Shown in pieces: positions 38,211-51,079 of a stretch of 64,000 bases of DNA (the stretch's first letter is position 1; each line of letters opens with the position of its first letter). The translations under genes were made by a program, and so were the position numbers. The stretch spans positions 309,938,001-310,002,000 of the forward strand of contig OZ024741.1 in assembly GCA_964016885.1 (NCBI GenBank), given 5' to 3'. Origin of the DNA: Eledone cirrhosa (Eukaryota). The notes under the pieces were generated by a model. That model saw only the letters and a list, made by a program, of their open reading frames with translations, did not search any database and was not told the origin of the DNA.

Positions 38211-39332
38211 GTTTTTCTTAACTATTTACAACGATGTTCTCCTTTTCTCCTATTGATGCACTACATTTATTGTGAAGACGAGTGGTGTAGTGGTTAGGAT
38301 GTTGGATTTATGATCATAAGGTCATGGGTTTGATTCCTGAATCAGGTAGTGTGTTGTGTTCTTGGGTATGATGCTTCAGTTCATGTTGCTTTTTATGATA
38401 AAACTGGGCCCCTTGTAATTAAAGCATTTGAGAAACCTCTTATGAGATGCAACCCTGTAAGGGGTGAGCTGTAACAATGATAATTAACCAACTTTCTCAG
38501 TTTTAGATACCATTATCCTTTTTACACCTGTTTTTCTACACTGGGATAGGTTGGACAAGTTTTTTAAGGCAACATGTTTTGGCTGGATGTCCTTGCCCAA
38601 GATGTCATGAAGTAGGATACAACCCATGACTACATGGTTGTAAAGTGAACTTCTTAGCCACATAGACATGTCTGTGACTATAGGTGAATTTGATAATCTT
38701 GTAAAAGTTCAGAAGTGTATATTTTTTCTATGAATGTAAGCTACTGCAACTGTTGTTGTCATCATCACTTCTGACCTACCATGGTTACAATGTAAAAAAA
38801 AATAAAATGGGTTGATGTCTGCAAAAACATGTTTAATTGCAAGTTTTAGTACCCCCACCCCCTACTCACACATGTACATCATTTCTTTTGCTAGGGTGGG
38901 TTTGTGAAAATTTAAATATTTGTATGTTGTTGGAGTAGAAGTATTTACAGCAAAATAGACTTTCTAGTAATAACCATTCAAGTGTGATTTTTTGGAGCCT
39001 GTTGTCAGTCAGACAAACTGAGGCATGTATAAATTAATGACCACAGCCATCATGATACTGGGTGATAAAAATTTGAAATTCATTGCCTTTCAAGTCAGTG
39101 TCAGAGGATACGGGAGACACACACATATACACAAAGAGTTGCATTAACCCTTTTGTTATATTTCTAATGTGTGTATCAATTAATTTTGAAAAGTTGAAAA
39201 ATTCAATGAAATAACTACTCTTTTTATTATCATTAAGCTGATGTTTGAAATATTACTTAAAATGTAAGTATGAACATTTTAAAATAAACAGTTAAAAGGG
39301 TTAATGATTTGAATGAAATGATTCCATCTTAC

Positions 39333-39444
39333 CTTTCTTCTGGGCTATCAACACAGAACATACGTTCCACAACTGTTGTCCATTGTAGTCCTCTGATAAT
39401 AAATGTATTAGGCCGAGGTTTATCCTGCTTCATCAACTGACATC
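39333..39444 (-). CDS. Akt: Akt coding exon 3 ([37 protein letters not shown]), PH domain
   Basis: Not in the ORF track; translated by hand. tttgaag acceptor, AG|gtaaga donor, 112 nt, phase 1 to phase 2. Contains the diagnostic [19 protein letters not shown]. Confidence 0.97.
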
Positions 39445-39900
39445 CTTCAAAGAGAAAAATTAAAACAAATAAAACTGGGTTCTAGTAAGCATTAAGAGGC
39501 CATTTTATCATATTAATAATAATGATTTCTACTTCAGGCACTTGGCTAGTAATTTTCATGAAAAGCAAAGTTGCCTTTGATGGGATTTGAACTCAAACTG
39601 TAGTGTGATGTAACAAACACTGGAATGCATTTGTCCAAATCTACTAATTTGCTAGTTAGATAGTATTTTCCTGAGTCTATGTGCAGTGCCCAACAGGGGA
39701 GTTTTTTTTGTAGGGGAGTTTTTTTTTTGTAGGAGAGCAATTTGTGATTTTTGTCCATTTGCTTAAGATCCTCTTAGTTTTAGTAGTATCAAGCTTAAAG
39801 CTCTGGTGACAACTGGAATTATCTTAATACTGTTAGGTGATAGTGACCACATTCATGCAATTTCAATCTTCAAGTCAGTATATTTTATTATTTTTTCAAC

Positions 39901-40091
39901 AATAATAATAATTGTTTCTATTTTTGGCACAAGGCCAGCAATTACCCAGTGCATTACTGGTACTTTATTTTATCGACCCCCGTAAGGATGAAGGGCAAAG
40001 TCAACTTCAACAGGATTTGAACTCAGATCGTTAAGGGACGTAACTATGCTGGAAAGCATGGCATCCGACCCTCTACCGATACTGCCCATCC
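39901..40091 (-). mobile_element. Full-length copy of the same SINE family
   Basis: Reverse complement is colinear with 55683-55870, with several CpG-decay changes. Confidence 0.88.
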
Positions 40092-40127
40092 AAATGATAA
40101 TAAGAATGATGGATTAACAGAATTGTT

Positions 40128-40200
40128 AGAACCATATTTTATCATGTATCAAGTATCTATTATGAGTTAGCATACTTGATATATGATAAAATATGGTTCT
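40128..40200. repeat. 73-nt hairpin (29-bp arms)
   Basis: Arms 40128-40156 and 40172-40200 with one difference. Confidence 0.92.
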
Positions 40201-40353
40201 TAAATATTCATGTGCTATTCCATGTCAGTACAGGGTTCAGTCATTTTGTTTTATTTGATGCAAGCAAGATGTTGCTCCAATTGATGCCTATCTCTATCTG
40301 ACATCAGGACTGACCAGGCAGCTAAAAAAATAACAGCCCCACTACTCTGAGAC

Positions 40354-40660
40354 AACAAGTGTTTTAAGGCCATTTTCCCTGCTAAAGCAAAAGTTAGCCT
40401 TGCAAGCTCCATGACAAGCTACTCCATTTGGCTCTATCATCTGCATGCTCAATCACCAAATCTTTTGCCTTCATTTCCTCCTCCATCATCTTTAGCCCTA
40501 TTTTTCTTGGTCTTCCCCCTCCTCTATTTCTTTCCATATTCATTTCAATCACTCCTCTCCCCCAATACTTCCTCAATATATGGCCCAACCATCTCATTCT
40601 GTTTCTTTGCACAACATTCATCACATTGTTGTATTCTCATCACCTGCAATTCATTGTTTG
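40354..40660 (-). mobile_element. Old RTE 3' fragment
   Basis: ORF 40394..40624 contains RMRWLGHILR...GRPRK, the typical RTE C-terminus. Confidence 0.75.
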
Positions 40661-41379
40661 TCTTCCTCCCAGCTATCTCAACAATACTTCACTCATCTAC
40701 TAGATCATTCTCATTTCCATTCTTTCCAGCCTTTTCTACAACTCTATGTTCATCATCCATGCTTCACTCCCACATGCAGCATACTCTTTCAGATTGAGCA
40801 ACACTTCCTTCCTCATTTGCACACCACTTCTATGCACTCTCTCTGAGACAAACATATAATAAAGAGCTATCTATAAGCAAGACCCTTATTTTGCAGACTG
40901 CCTCACTTTGCCTCTCACTTCAACTCATCTGTCCTTATAGTCTCCATAATCATGTCAAGCTAAGTGTGTATCTTCATGTGTGTAAATATATATATATATA
41001 TACATCATCATCATTATCATCATTAAACAGCCATCTTCCACGCTAGCATGTGTCATCGACACCAATTAACATCCATTTTTCCACATGAGCATGAGTTAGA
41101 CGAGTTGTCCTGTTGCGAGACAAGCCAGATCAGATGACCGTATCTTGCGTGCACAGGACTGATTTCAGCTTGGTTTATATGGCTAGATGCCCTTCCTAAT
41201 GCCAACCACATTTACAGTGTGGACTGGGGGGACTTATCTAGTGAAGGGTGGGAGTGTTTGGGTGTGAGTGAAGTGTTAGGGCATGAGTGGAGTTTTAAGT
41301 GGGGGTGTTAGGACATGGAAGGTGCATACCAGATGTATGCTTCAATCTGTGCTCATGGGAAGGCAATGTATATATATAT

Positions 41380-41522
41380 ATATACAATATATTAACAAAT
41401 GGAAGCTATATTTATAAAACCATATTTATTTCATTATACATATTTCAAGGCCCTTGAAATATGTATAATGAAATAAATATGGTTTTATAAATATAGTTTC
41501 CATTTGTTAATATATTGTATAT
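41380..41522. repeat. Near-perfect palindrome with 71-bp arms and a 1-nt spacer
   Basis: Arms 41380-41450 and 41452-41522 with one mismatch. Confidence 0.95.
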
Positions 41523-41873
41523 TTACTCCAATAATTTGTTGAGTGCTTTATATCAGTTATAAAAATATTTTGCTTGTTGTATCCCAACAAATTAAATATA
41601 ACCTCTACATATATATATATGTGTGTGTGTGTGTGTATATGTACTTTATATAACACACAAACTTTTTAATGTAGGTCACTGCATAAAAAACACATACATG
41701 TATTTACACAAATATGCACAAGCATATTTTAGGTGACATACATCTTACAAATATCATTGTTCTTAATTTCTATTATATATAATTTTTAAATGCCAATATC
41801 CTGTACTAATATGTTCATCATCTTTACCACCATCACTGTATCTGAAAGAATGTACAACATAAACACTCATTGA

Positions 41874-43235
41874 CTTCTTCGTCACCCACTTACTCCTGAG
41901 AGGGTCGTGAAAGTAGTCTTCAAACCCTCCTTCCAGCAGGTCCTGTCAGAAGCAACTGTTTCTAACTGATTAGGCTAGATCCTCAAGCGAGACCAGCTAA
42001 GCTCATGGATTTTATCCAACCATCTTGCTCGGGATCTACCTCTGCGTCTCCTGTCAGTTGATTTTGCCTGTAAAATCTGTTCAAGAATTCTTTCCTGAGA
42101 CATTCAAACCACATTTCCATAGTGTCGGAACTGTGATCTCTCAATTCGGAGAAATAGCAGCTCTACCTGGAGCGACTCTCTGATCTCCGAGCTACACACT
42201 CTATTGGAGGAACCCCTATTTCAGCCGCTTGTATTCGTGATCATATTCTTTTGGTCATTACCCAAGATTCATGACCATAGGTAAGGGTTCGCACAAATAC
42301 TGAATTAAAAATTGTGAGTTTTGACTCTTACATCTACCTCCCTTCTTCTGATTACTGAATGATGAAGGTGGCACATTACTGCACCACCAGCTCCTGTAAT
42401 TCTTGTACTTAATTCAGCCTCCTGCCTTCCATAACTTGTGAACAAAGCCCCAAGATACTTGAACTTCTCTACCTGCTTCAAGATGAGCGTCTCAGTTTTC
42501 ACAGCACTGATTTTCATTCCACCCATACAGCACAAAGCATCAAACCTATCAAGTGCAAATCAGAGATCATCTTCTGTTGAGTTAAGTAATACCATGTTGT
42601 CTGCAAATTCCAGCTGACTGATTCTATACCTGCCAGTCATGAAACCACTTCCAACCTGGCTGCACATATCAATCCAGTTCATGTAAATAGTGAACAGGAG
42701 AGGTGACAGTATGCACCCTTGGCGGAGCCCAGCTCCCACATTGAATGGTTTTGATTTAGCACCATTTATCCAAACACAAATACTTAGGCATTCATATAGA
42801 GACATCAGGGCAGCAAGGAGCTGACCATCAATCCCATAATCCTGCCCAGCCTTCCACAGCAGGTCCTGTGGAATGCAGTCATATGCCTTTTCAAGGTCGA
42901 CAAAGCAAGAATACACGTCTTGGCAGTACTCCCACAATTTCTCAAAAACCTGCCGCTGCGTGAATATTCAGTCGGCTGTGCTGCATCTAGGGCGAAAACT
43001 ACTGTTCATCTGCTAACTTGAACTCGACAATCTCTCTGAATCTCTTTTCCAGACACTAAGCATATACTTTACCAGGGAGGCTTAACAAGGAGATCCCTCT
43101 ATAATTGGAGCAATCTCTCACCTCCCTTTTTGAAAAATTTGGATTATCACTCCCGATTGTCAATACTTGGGTGCCTTTCCAGAGATCCAGGCCACCCAGC
43201 ACACATTAGTCTATCAGATAATACCTTCTTCATTT
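41874..43235 (-). mobile_element. Decayed copy of the same RTE family, inverted relative to 36826-38210
   Basis: ORFs 42560..42937 and 42305..42535 closely resemble the 36.8-38.2 kb copy (LLWKAGQxYGIDGQLLA, SKPFNVGA, LRQGCILSP). Confidence 0.92.
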
Positions 43236-44299
43236 GAGGCTACAAGTATCACCCATTGCTCCCTCTCTCCTAATAGTTTACCACTGTTGGTCCAGGGTTG
43301 CTTATTCATCTGGTAGCTGCCTGCTTATTTGCAACTCACCATCATATCTAGTGGCCGTATTGCTATCCACCACCTGTGACCCATTCTCTAAAAGAACAGC
43401 TCTGCACCCATTAGCATTAAGTTGTATTTTCAATGTTTATGTCTTGCACCCAAATATAAGGATATCATAAAACTGAAAATTAAATATCAAGTAATTCTGT
43501 AATTTGAATTCTTCTTGGATTTTAACTATCAGACTGTATAGAAACTGATTATTAGATGGAGAATGAAGTCATTATAACCCTTAATGATGCTCTAGCAGTC
43601 AGGGGTGCTTACAATAGATTAAAAAATGTGTAAACCAGAAGTTTAACACTTTTGCTACTGTATTTCTAATGAAATACACTGTATTTGAGTAAGTTATTGA
43701 AGAATTTAGAGGAATTTACTAAATTTATTAATTATTTCATTATTAAAATGGTATTTGCAATATAACTTAACAAAAGTAAAATTATGTTGGATGGTTTAAA
43801 TTTAAATAGAAACCTTTTAAAATGCGTGGTTTTGTTTTATAGAATCAGAGGCAGTTGGGCAGGTTAGTATCAAAAGGGTTAAAACCATTTACCTAAACAA
43901 AGCACGAGCTTCGTTTAGGCAAGAGGTTTTAACAAGCCTTTATGTGGTTGCTAAAACTGCAAGAAATAACCCCCATATATATCTCTAAACTGTTACTTGG
44001 CCATCTCAGGAAAGAACACATAAGATAATATGGCCATCCATTCAGTATGCATGGAGGAAAGATGGAGCGGTCATAGTTGGTAAAATGTTGACCATAGATT
44101 CGCTTAATCAATGCTACACTGTAGCTAAACTACCACTACTACTACTATAGTAAAGTAATCAAAGAACATAGTTAAGCTGAGAAAATAAAACCTGAAAGTA
44201 AAATTCAGAAAAATCTTTTTTTTTTTATAAAAACAAAACACTCATCCCTAAAAACAAAAACAAAACAATAAAGGACTAAAAGGAACAAGTTTAGCTTAC

Positions 44300-44422
44300 C
44301 CTTAACTGTGAAATTATTAAGAGGTTCTGTGGTGTCATTCTCAGGTTTCGCCCGAAAACCGAAGAAGGCACCATTTTTACGTAGAAGGAAATATCGTTTC
44401 CTCCAATTTTTAATATGTTCTC
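44300..44422 (-). CDS. Akt: Akt coding exon 2 (GEHIKNWRKRYFLLRKNGAFFGFRAKPENDTTEPLNNFTVKG), PH domain
   Basis: Lies within ORF 44205..44453. ttgcag acceptor and gtaagc donor, 123 nt, phase 1 to phase 1. Matches the Akt motifs GEYIKxWRPRYF and PLNNF. Confidence 0.97.
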
Positions 44423-44463
44423 CTGCAATGAAATGAAAGAACAGAATTTTCATTGAAATTCAC

Positions 44464-44635
44464 TAATATCACAGACTTATATATATACAACAGTAATATC
44501 ACAGACTTATATATATATAACAGTAATATCACAGACATATATATATAACAGTAATATCACAGGCTTATATATATATATCCCTATATAACAGTGAGAGATA
44601 AACTATATAACAGTGAGAGATAAACTCTCACTGTT
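44464..44635. repeat. ~30-bp minisatellite (TAATATCACAGACTTATATATATAACAG) x4, then a 22-bp duplication ending in a small hairpin
   Basis: Directly visible; starts about 40 nt from the Akt exon 2 acceptor. Confidence 0.9.
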
Positions 44636-45218
44636 TACATGCATCTGATGAACCCATAATTTTGGAGTCTAACATAAGAATTTATGTAAATAACTGTGGT
44701 TTTGAGCAGAATTGAGAGTGAACACATAATGAAAATAAACCTTTGTTAAATTTATTTTTTACTCCCCAGTGTTTTTTTTTGTTTTTTTTTTTGCCATCTT
44801 GTGTGTAATTTAATCATTATACATCATTGTTTGGTACATGTAAATTTTGTCTTGTTTGTATTATCATTGAAATTTTCACAACAATCTGTTTACCCATAAA
44901 GATATTATAATCATTCGAATTAATAAACTGTTTTTTAGATATCTTATGGTAAATCATTACAGGATGCTAAGATTTTAACCAAGTATAAACAGCATTACAT
45001 TAAATATTAATGTCATTACTCTAATATCATACATTTTCACAACAATTTGTCCGTTAGTAAATATACTATAAATATTTGAATTAAAGACTCATTTTTAGAT
45101 ATTTTCTGCTAAATCATTACAATATGTTAAGAGTTAAACTTGCTGGTTAGCCTTTTGTCTGCATGCACAAAAGAAGTGCAAATTACTAGTGTAATCCCTT
45201 AACTCTTGGCATTATGTA

Positions 45219-45336
45219 ATGAGTTCAAATCCCGCCGAGGTTAACTTTGCCTTTCATCCTTACGGGGTCGATAAAATAAAGTACCAGTAATGTACTGGGT
45301 AATTTCTGGCCTTGTGCCAATAGTAGAAACAATTAT
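45219..45336 (+). mobile_element. 5'-truncated copy of the same SINE
   Basis: B box through tail closely matches 55749-55870. Confidence 0.88.
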
Positions 45337-46974
45337 GTAATGGTTTTACAGACAAGATTAAAAAAAAAGGAAATTCAAGAGTTTATTATAATTCACAATA
45401 TTAGAGTAAAGGCTTTACATTTTGATGTTATACAAACACAGTGCTGTTTTGTACTTTTCAAGAATGTCTTGCTGATGTGGTTGCAGTACAGGATATTAAA
45501 AGTTAAGGTACAAATAACTGGGAGATCTAAGAGCAGCACTACTGACCACATTGTCACATTTTCAAATCTTACAACTAGAACTTTTTTAATGTGTCCTTGA
45601 GTTAACAAGAAAAACTCAGGTTCTAATCCTATTTTTTATTTAAATATTTCATGGTATGAAGAGCAGCTAGCTGTAAAAAATAAAAATAATTGTTCTAAGA
45701 AAAAAACCCCATCCCATCACTGTTAACATGGAACAATATATGTAAGAGGTTTTCTCCTTGGAGCAAACAAGATTTTGCTGATAATCTACATAATTGACAG
45801 TAAATTAGTATATAATAACTTTGTCATTATTAAGCTGGCATTTGGAACACAATAAAAATTTCAGAAAATTATGATGGGAGGTTTTACTTTAAATATAAAC
45901 ACCTTAAAATAAGAAGTTTCATAATATGAAACCAGGGAGTTTCAGGCAGGTTGATTTCAAATAGGTTAAAGCCCAATACTAAAATACAGGTAGCCTTTTA
46001 GTCTAAAAGACTGACTGCCTAACAATAAAATTCATCTCACTCTCCTTGTATACTCCTACTAAACATAGACCTGCTGTAACCTTTTCATTTACCATATTTC
46101 TAATGAAATATACAACCCATGCATTTCAATTCATTTTGAAACTCATCAAAGAGTTTGAGGAATTTAATAAAATAATTAACCTTTTTGGACAACCCTTGTG
46201 GTTAATAAAGAAAGCATTATTAAGCTGCTTGGAACATTACTTTCAAATTACTTTCACCCTTTAGCATTTACATTACTCTATATTTACTATTGTATTTTCA
46301 CAGTAAAGTCTTTACTTCACATAATATCGAATCTATGAGATTCTGATATTATCTATTTTGAGACCTTAACATCAATATGAGTGGCCAGTTACAGCCGATT
46401 TGAACAGAAAGAGGTGAGAGAATTCTGGCCAGATATGGCCGGTTTAAATGCTAAGGGGGTTAAATTTGACACCCACTAATACTACCACAGTTGGCTATGA
46501 GCAATGTCCACTCACAAGAAATAACAAAAACAAAAAAAAAACTAAAATACCCAATTGAACATGAGGTCGTCGTCATCATTATTGCCATCATTTTTATATC
46601 CACTTTTTCATGCTGGCATGGGTTGGATGAGATGGTTTGAAACAATGTTTTACGGGCAGATGCCCTTCCTGACGCCAATCCTTTCAGTTGCATATTGACA
46701 TGCAGGGATATGGTGCACCTATTCTAAAAACTTGGATACACAATGATTGGTAGAGTGTCAAAGTACCTTGTAGTATTTAGTAACATCCCTTTACCTTCTA
46801 AATTCAAATCATGCCCAAGTCAACCCTTGCCTGTCATTGTTCTGAGTTTGATAAAATAAAGTACTAGTTGATCAAAATAAGTAGTTTGGGTACTTTGAAG
46901 GTGGTGCTGTGACATCGCCAATGTTCAATGACTGAAACCAGTCAAATAAAAGGAAAATATAAAGTAATACTTAC

Positions 46975-47029
46975 CGCGTTTCCATAGATAACCTTCTTTC
47001 ACCACATGTGCGTGGCAATCAGAACTCAT
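46975..47029 (-). CDS. Akt: Akt/PKB serine/threonine kinase, coding exon 1 (MSSDCHAHVVKEGYLWKR-G); the exon spans 46975-47057 including 28 nt of 5' UTR
   Basis: Hand translation gives the Akt PH N-terminus VVKEGYLWKRG. In-frame TAG three codons before the ATG, tttcag acceptor ending at 47058, G|gtaagt donor, phase 1 matching the next exon. Confidence 0.93.
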
Positions 47030-48658
47030 GTCAGCCTACAGTCTTGCTATTCTAAATCTGAAATAAAATAAGATAACAGTTATTAACACTTTTGATTACG
47101 TACTGCTCAAAATACCCATTTCTATGAAACAAAACCATCCATTTTAAATTAAAACCTAACATAATATTATATAAGAACATTTTATGTCACAAATACCATT
47201 TTAATGGAATTATAATTTTAGCAAATCTCTCTGAAATTCTTCATAAATGACCTAAAATACAAAGTATTTCATTTGACACAATAAAGAAGTGTTAATGATG
47301 AACATTTGGTTGTTTGATTAGCTGAGGGTCTAATTTGTTAAATTAATGTATGCATGGTAAGTAGCTGAGTATTCCAGAGACATGTGTAACCTAAGCATAA
47401 TTCTCAGGCCAAATCACCATGACAGTGTGACAAAGTTGGACCATTTTTTTAATTAACTACATGTATGTTGGTCCATTTGATGGGCTTTCTGTATAGTATT
47501 TATTTACCCGATTTCACTTTTAAGGTTTGAATTGATCGGGGGTTAAGGAATAAAACACTTGCCTGAGATGTCAAGTAGTGAGACTGAACATGGAACGCTA
47601 TAATTGCAAAGGAAACTTCTTAACCACACAGCCATACTTGTATTCATAGCTATCAAACTATATAGATTTCACGCAATGATGCAAGGTCACATATTTCTTG
47701 GTAGGAGAGCATATTTTGTTGATTGAATAAACCATAATGAATGTCTGTTAAATGTTGTTGTTTAGCTCCAAGTCTAATCCATGCTATCTTGTATACCTTA
47801 GATTCAATTTTCTAGTACTACATTATCCAATATATTTTTTCCTTTTTAAGATGGAAAGATGTGATTTGAAGGAAGGTCCACTGCAATTTTAAGCAGGTTG
47901 TGAGTGGCCTCATACGATGTTGAATCTCCTAAAATGCAACATGAATGATGTGTCTTGCTTAACACAATGTGCTCTCCGGTTGAGGAATCGAACCCACAAC
48001 CATATGATTGTGAGTCCAAAATCCTAACCACTAGGCCACATACCTTCAGATATAGAATACTCTAGCAATTCATAGAACTTGGGTTTAATTTTGCTACAAG
48101 TATATCTATGTATATGATATATTTAAATATCAAGGATTTATTTATATCAAGGCTGATGACTCTTCACTTACTGGAGTCTATTAGCAAAAAGAAAAATCTA
48201 GCATTTCACTCAAAGCTGAAGTGCATAATATTAAGATATTTGGTACAAAAACTCAAAATTTGCAGAATCATCCAACCCATACTCACAAAGGGGAACTTTG
48301 TGAAAATATTTTCAGCAAACACAGCGTTTCTCTCTCTCTTGTAACATCAATAACTACAACAATAATTAAGAAATCTCATGACTAAGCACAAATATGTGTG
48401 TATGGGGAGGGCTTATATTTGATAATAAAAACAACAAAGAATTTGTTAAAAGGACAGAGATAACTGGTGATTAAGGAGATATCCAACAACTACAGGGAGA
48501 AATGAATCAAGGAAAACAAACTGCTTTTGGTGAGAGGGTGGTGATGATACTGATAACCATTTTTATTTTTAACTACAGATGAACAAACTGTCCTATTTAC
48601 ATACAAAAGGAGGTTTGTAAAAAACAAGGAATATTATTATTATTATTATTACTGTGAC

Positions 48659-48799
48659 GCATAGAGTTACGGCCCTTTCCATTCTGAGTTCAAATCCCGC
48701 CGAGGTTAACTTTGCCTTTCATCCTTACGGGGTCGATAAAATAAAGTACCAAGTAATGTACTGGTCTTGTGCCAAAAGTAGAAACAAATATTATTATTG
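48659..48799 (+). mobile_element. 5'-truncated copy of the same SINE
   Basis: B box, core and tail present. Confidence 0.88.
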
Positions 48800-49547
48800 T
48801 CAATAAATAGACTATCAACAATAATATTCTTAGATTATGGCAATTGCTTCCAACCATGGATTTCTTCTGGTGTGTGTGTGTGTGTAAGGGGGTGGGGTGG
48901 CTGCCACAAGTAAAATACAATACATACACTTTCATCTTAACATGCTAAAAATAGCAGCTAAACCTCCCTAAAATCACAACCTGCTGTCTTAACCATTTCA
49001 TTATTATATTTCTAATGAAATACAGTGCCTATGGTGTTCAATTAATTTTGAAAATAAAGTATTTTAAGGGACTTAGTAAAATAACCAACTTTTTATTTAT
49101 TTTTAAGCTGGTGTTTAGAACAAATGTTTCTTAAATAAAATTATAATGGAAGGTTTAATTTGAAAATTAAGATTTTAAAACAAATGACTGTACCCTAAAA
49201 ACATGATTAAAGATAATAGAGGAAAAAATGAAAGTTGGTGATGGGATGGGTGCAGATGATAGAGGAAAATAGAGAAGTTTGTCAAGTAATCTGCAAGGCT
49301 AACCCTTGCTTTAGCAGGAAAAATTGTCTTAAAATGATTGTTGTTGTCATCATATATGTGTTCACAAGTGTTTATTTGACTCTTCAATTGTTTTCATATT
49401 TAAAAAGGCAGTGATATTTGTTTACATTCTGCATAAAACGGAGATCCAGTTGCTCAGCAGTTAGATGTGTGAATAAAATGAGATCTTTGTTGATAGCTAT
49501 AATCAGTTGAAGGAGGTTGCAATTATGATGGAAAATTGTATAGCCAA

Positions 49548-49596
<49 letters not shown>

Positions 49597-50094
49597 CAAC
49601 AGGGGTGGAGGTGGAATGTTCTAAAACTAATATTTAGCAATACTTTTAAAATTTTATGCCAGCTTTACATGTTGCATGAGTTGGACGGGTCATTATGATC
49701 CAAGTTGATTCTTATTAAGAGTTACTGCTCTCTTAGACAGGTCAGAGAACCATATCTTGATCATAGTTCCAATTTTTGCCATGGTTTTTACAGTTGGATG
49801 CTTTCCCTAACAGAAACCACTTTTCAGAATGTACTGCATGCATTTTATTGTATCACCAGCACTAGAGAGGTTGTTAAAACCTTGCTTTACCTTACATTTT
49901 CACCATTCAACAGTCAACTAATTTACAGTCTACTTGATGCATTTATCATGGTACCAACATGAGAGGTTGCTTTGTCCATAGCAAAGCTAATGAGACCTCT
50001 TCGTTCCCATTCTTTGAAGGCAAAAGTGTAAAATAATTTAGTAAGTACTGCTTAATATTAATTTTACAATATTAAATTTCACTGTAGTTTACAG

Positions 50095-50470
50095 TTTCTT
50101 CTTCTTCCCCCACTTATTCCTAAGAAGGCAATGGGGGCAGAATTCTCAAACACTCCTTCCAGTGGGTTCTGTCAGAAGCAACCATTTCCAACATATCTGG
50201 CTAGATCCTCAAGTGAGACCAACCAAGCTCATAGATGTTATCCAACCATCTTGCTAGTTGTCTACCCCTGAATCTCCTGCCAGTTGGTTTTGCCCGTAAA
50301 ATCTGTCTAGCGATTCTTTCCTAAGATATTCTAACCACATGCCCATAGTACTCGAGCTGTGATCTCTTAATTTGGAGAAGTAGTAGCGCTACCAGGAATG
50401 ACTCTCTGATCTCCAAATTACACACTCTATCGAGTAGCGTTACTCCAAAGACCCTTCAGAGGAACCCTAG
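50095..50470 (-). mobile_element. 3'-terminal fragment of the same RTE family
   Basis: Reverse-complement similarity to 37845-38210 (e.g. CTGTCAGAAGCAACCAT, TTATCCAACCATCTTGCT) and a (GAA)n-like tail. Confidence 0.88.
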
Positions 50471-50903
50471 TTTACAGTTTTTGTCTATCTAATTTCACCC
50501 ATAAGGCTCAGGTCAACACAATGCTACGGTGAAAGACACCTGCCCAAGATATCACAGAATGTAACTGAATTTGGAACCTCATGACTGCAAAGCAAACTTT
50601 TTAATCATTCATTCATAGCTGCTTTAACCCTTTTGTTACCATATTACTAATTAAATGTGTTTCAATTAATTTTGAAAATAAAAATAAATTTTAACCATTT
50701 AGTAAAGCATTTTTTTTTCATTACTTAAAAACTTATGATGGAAGGTTTTAATGTATGGACATTTTAAAATGAGCAGTTTTATATCATAAGACAGGGGCGA
50801 ATTCAAGTAAGTTGGTATCAAAAGGGTTATACAATCCACTACTTTCTCTCTCATATTCAGTTTACCTGTTAGGATTCTTCTTTAGCCACCTTGTTATGAT
50901 ATA

Positions 50904-51079
50904 CAGGTAAAGTTCTGTTATAATGAATACCATTATAACAAATCTTTCAGTATAACGAAATTTCTTTCAATCCGCTGCCACACACTCGATGTGTTAGGAC
51001 AATCTCGTTATAAAGAATTTTTCATTACAACAAATTTTTTTTTATACCCCATGAATTTCGTTATAACGGAATTTTACTG
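50904..51079. mobile_element. Tc1/mariner (pogo/Tigger-like) MITE
   Basis: Imperfect TIRs CAGGTAAAGTTCTGTTATAATGAA and TTCGTTATAACGGAATTTTACTG, TA on both sides, internal GTTATAAC-like repeats. Confidence 0.8.
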
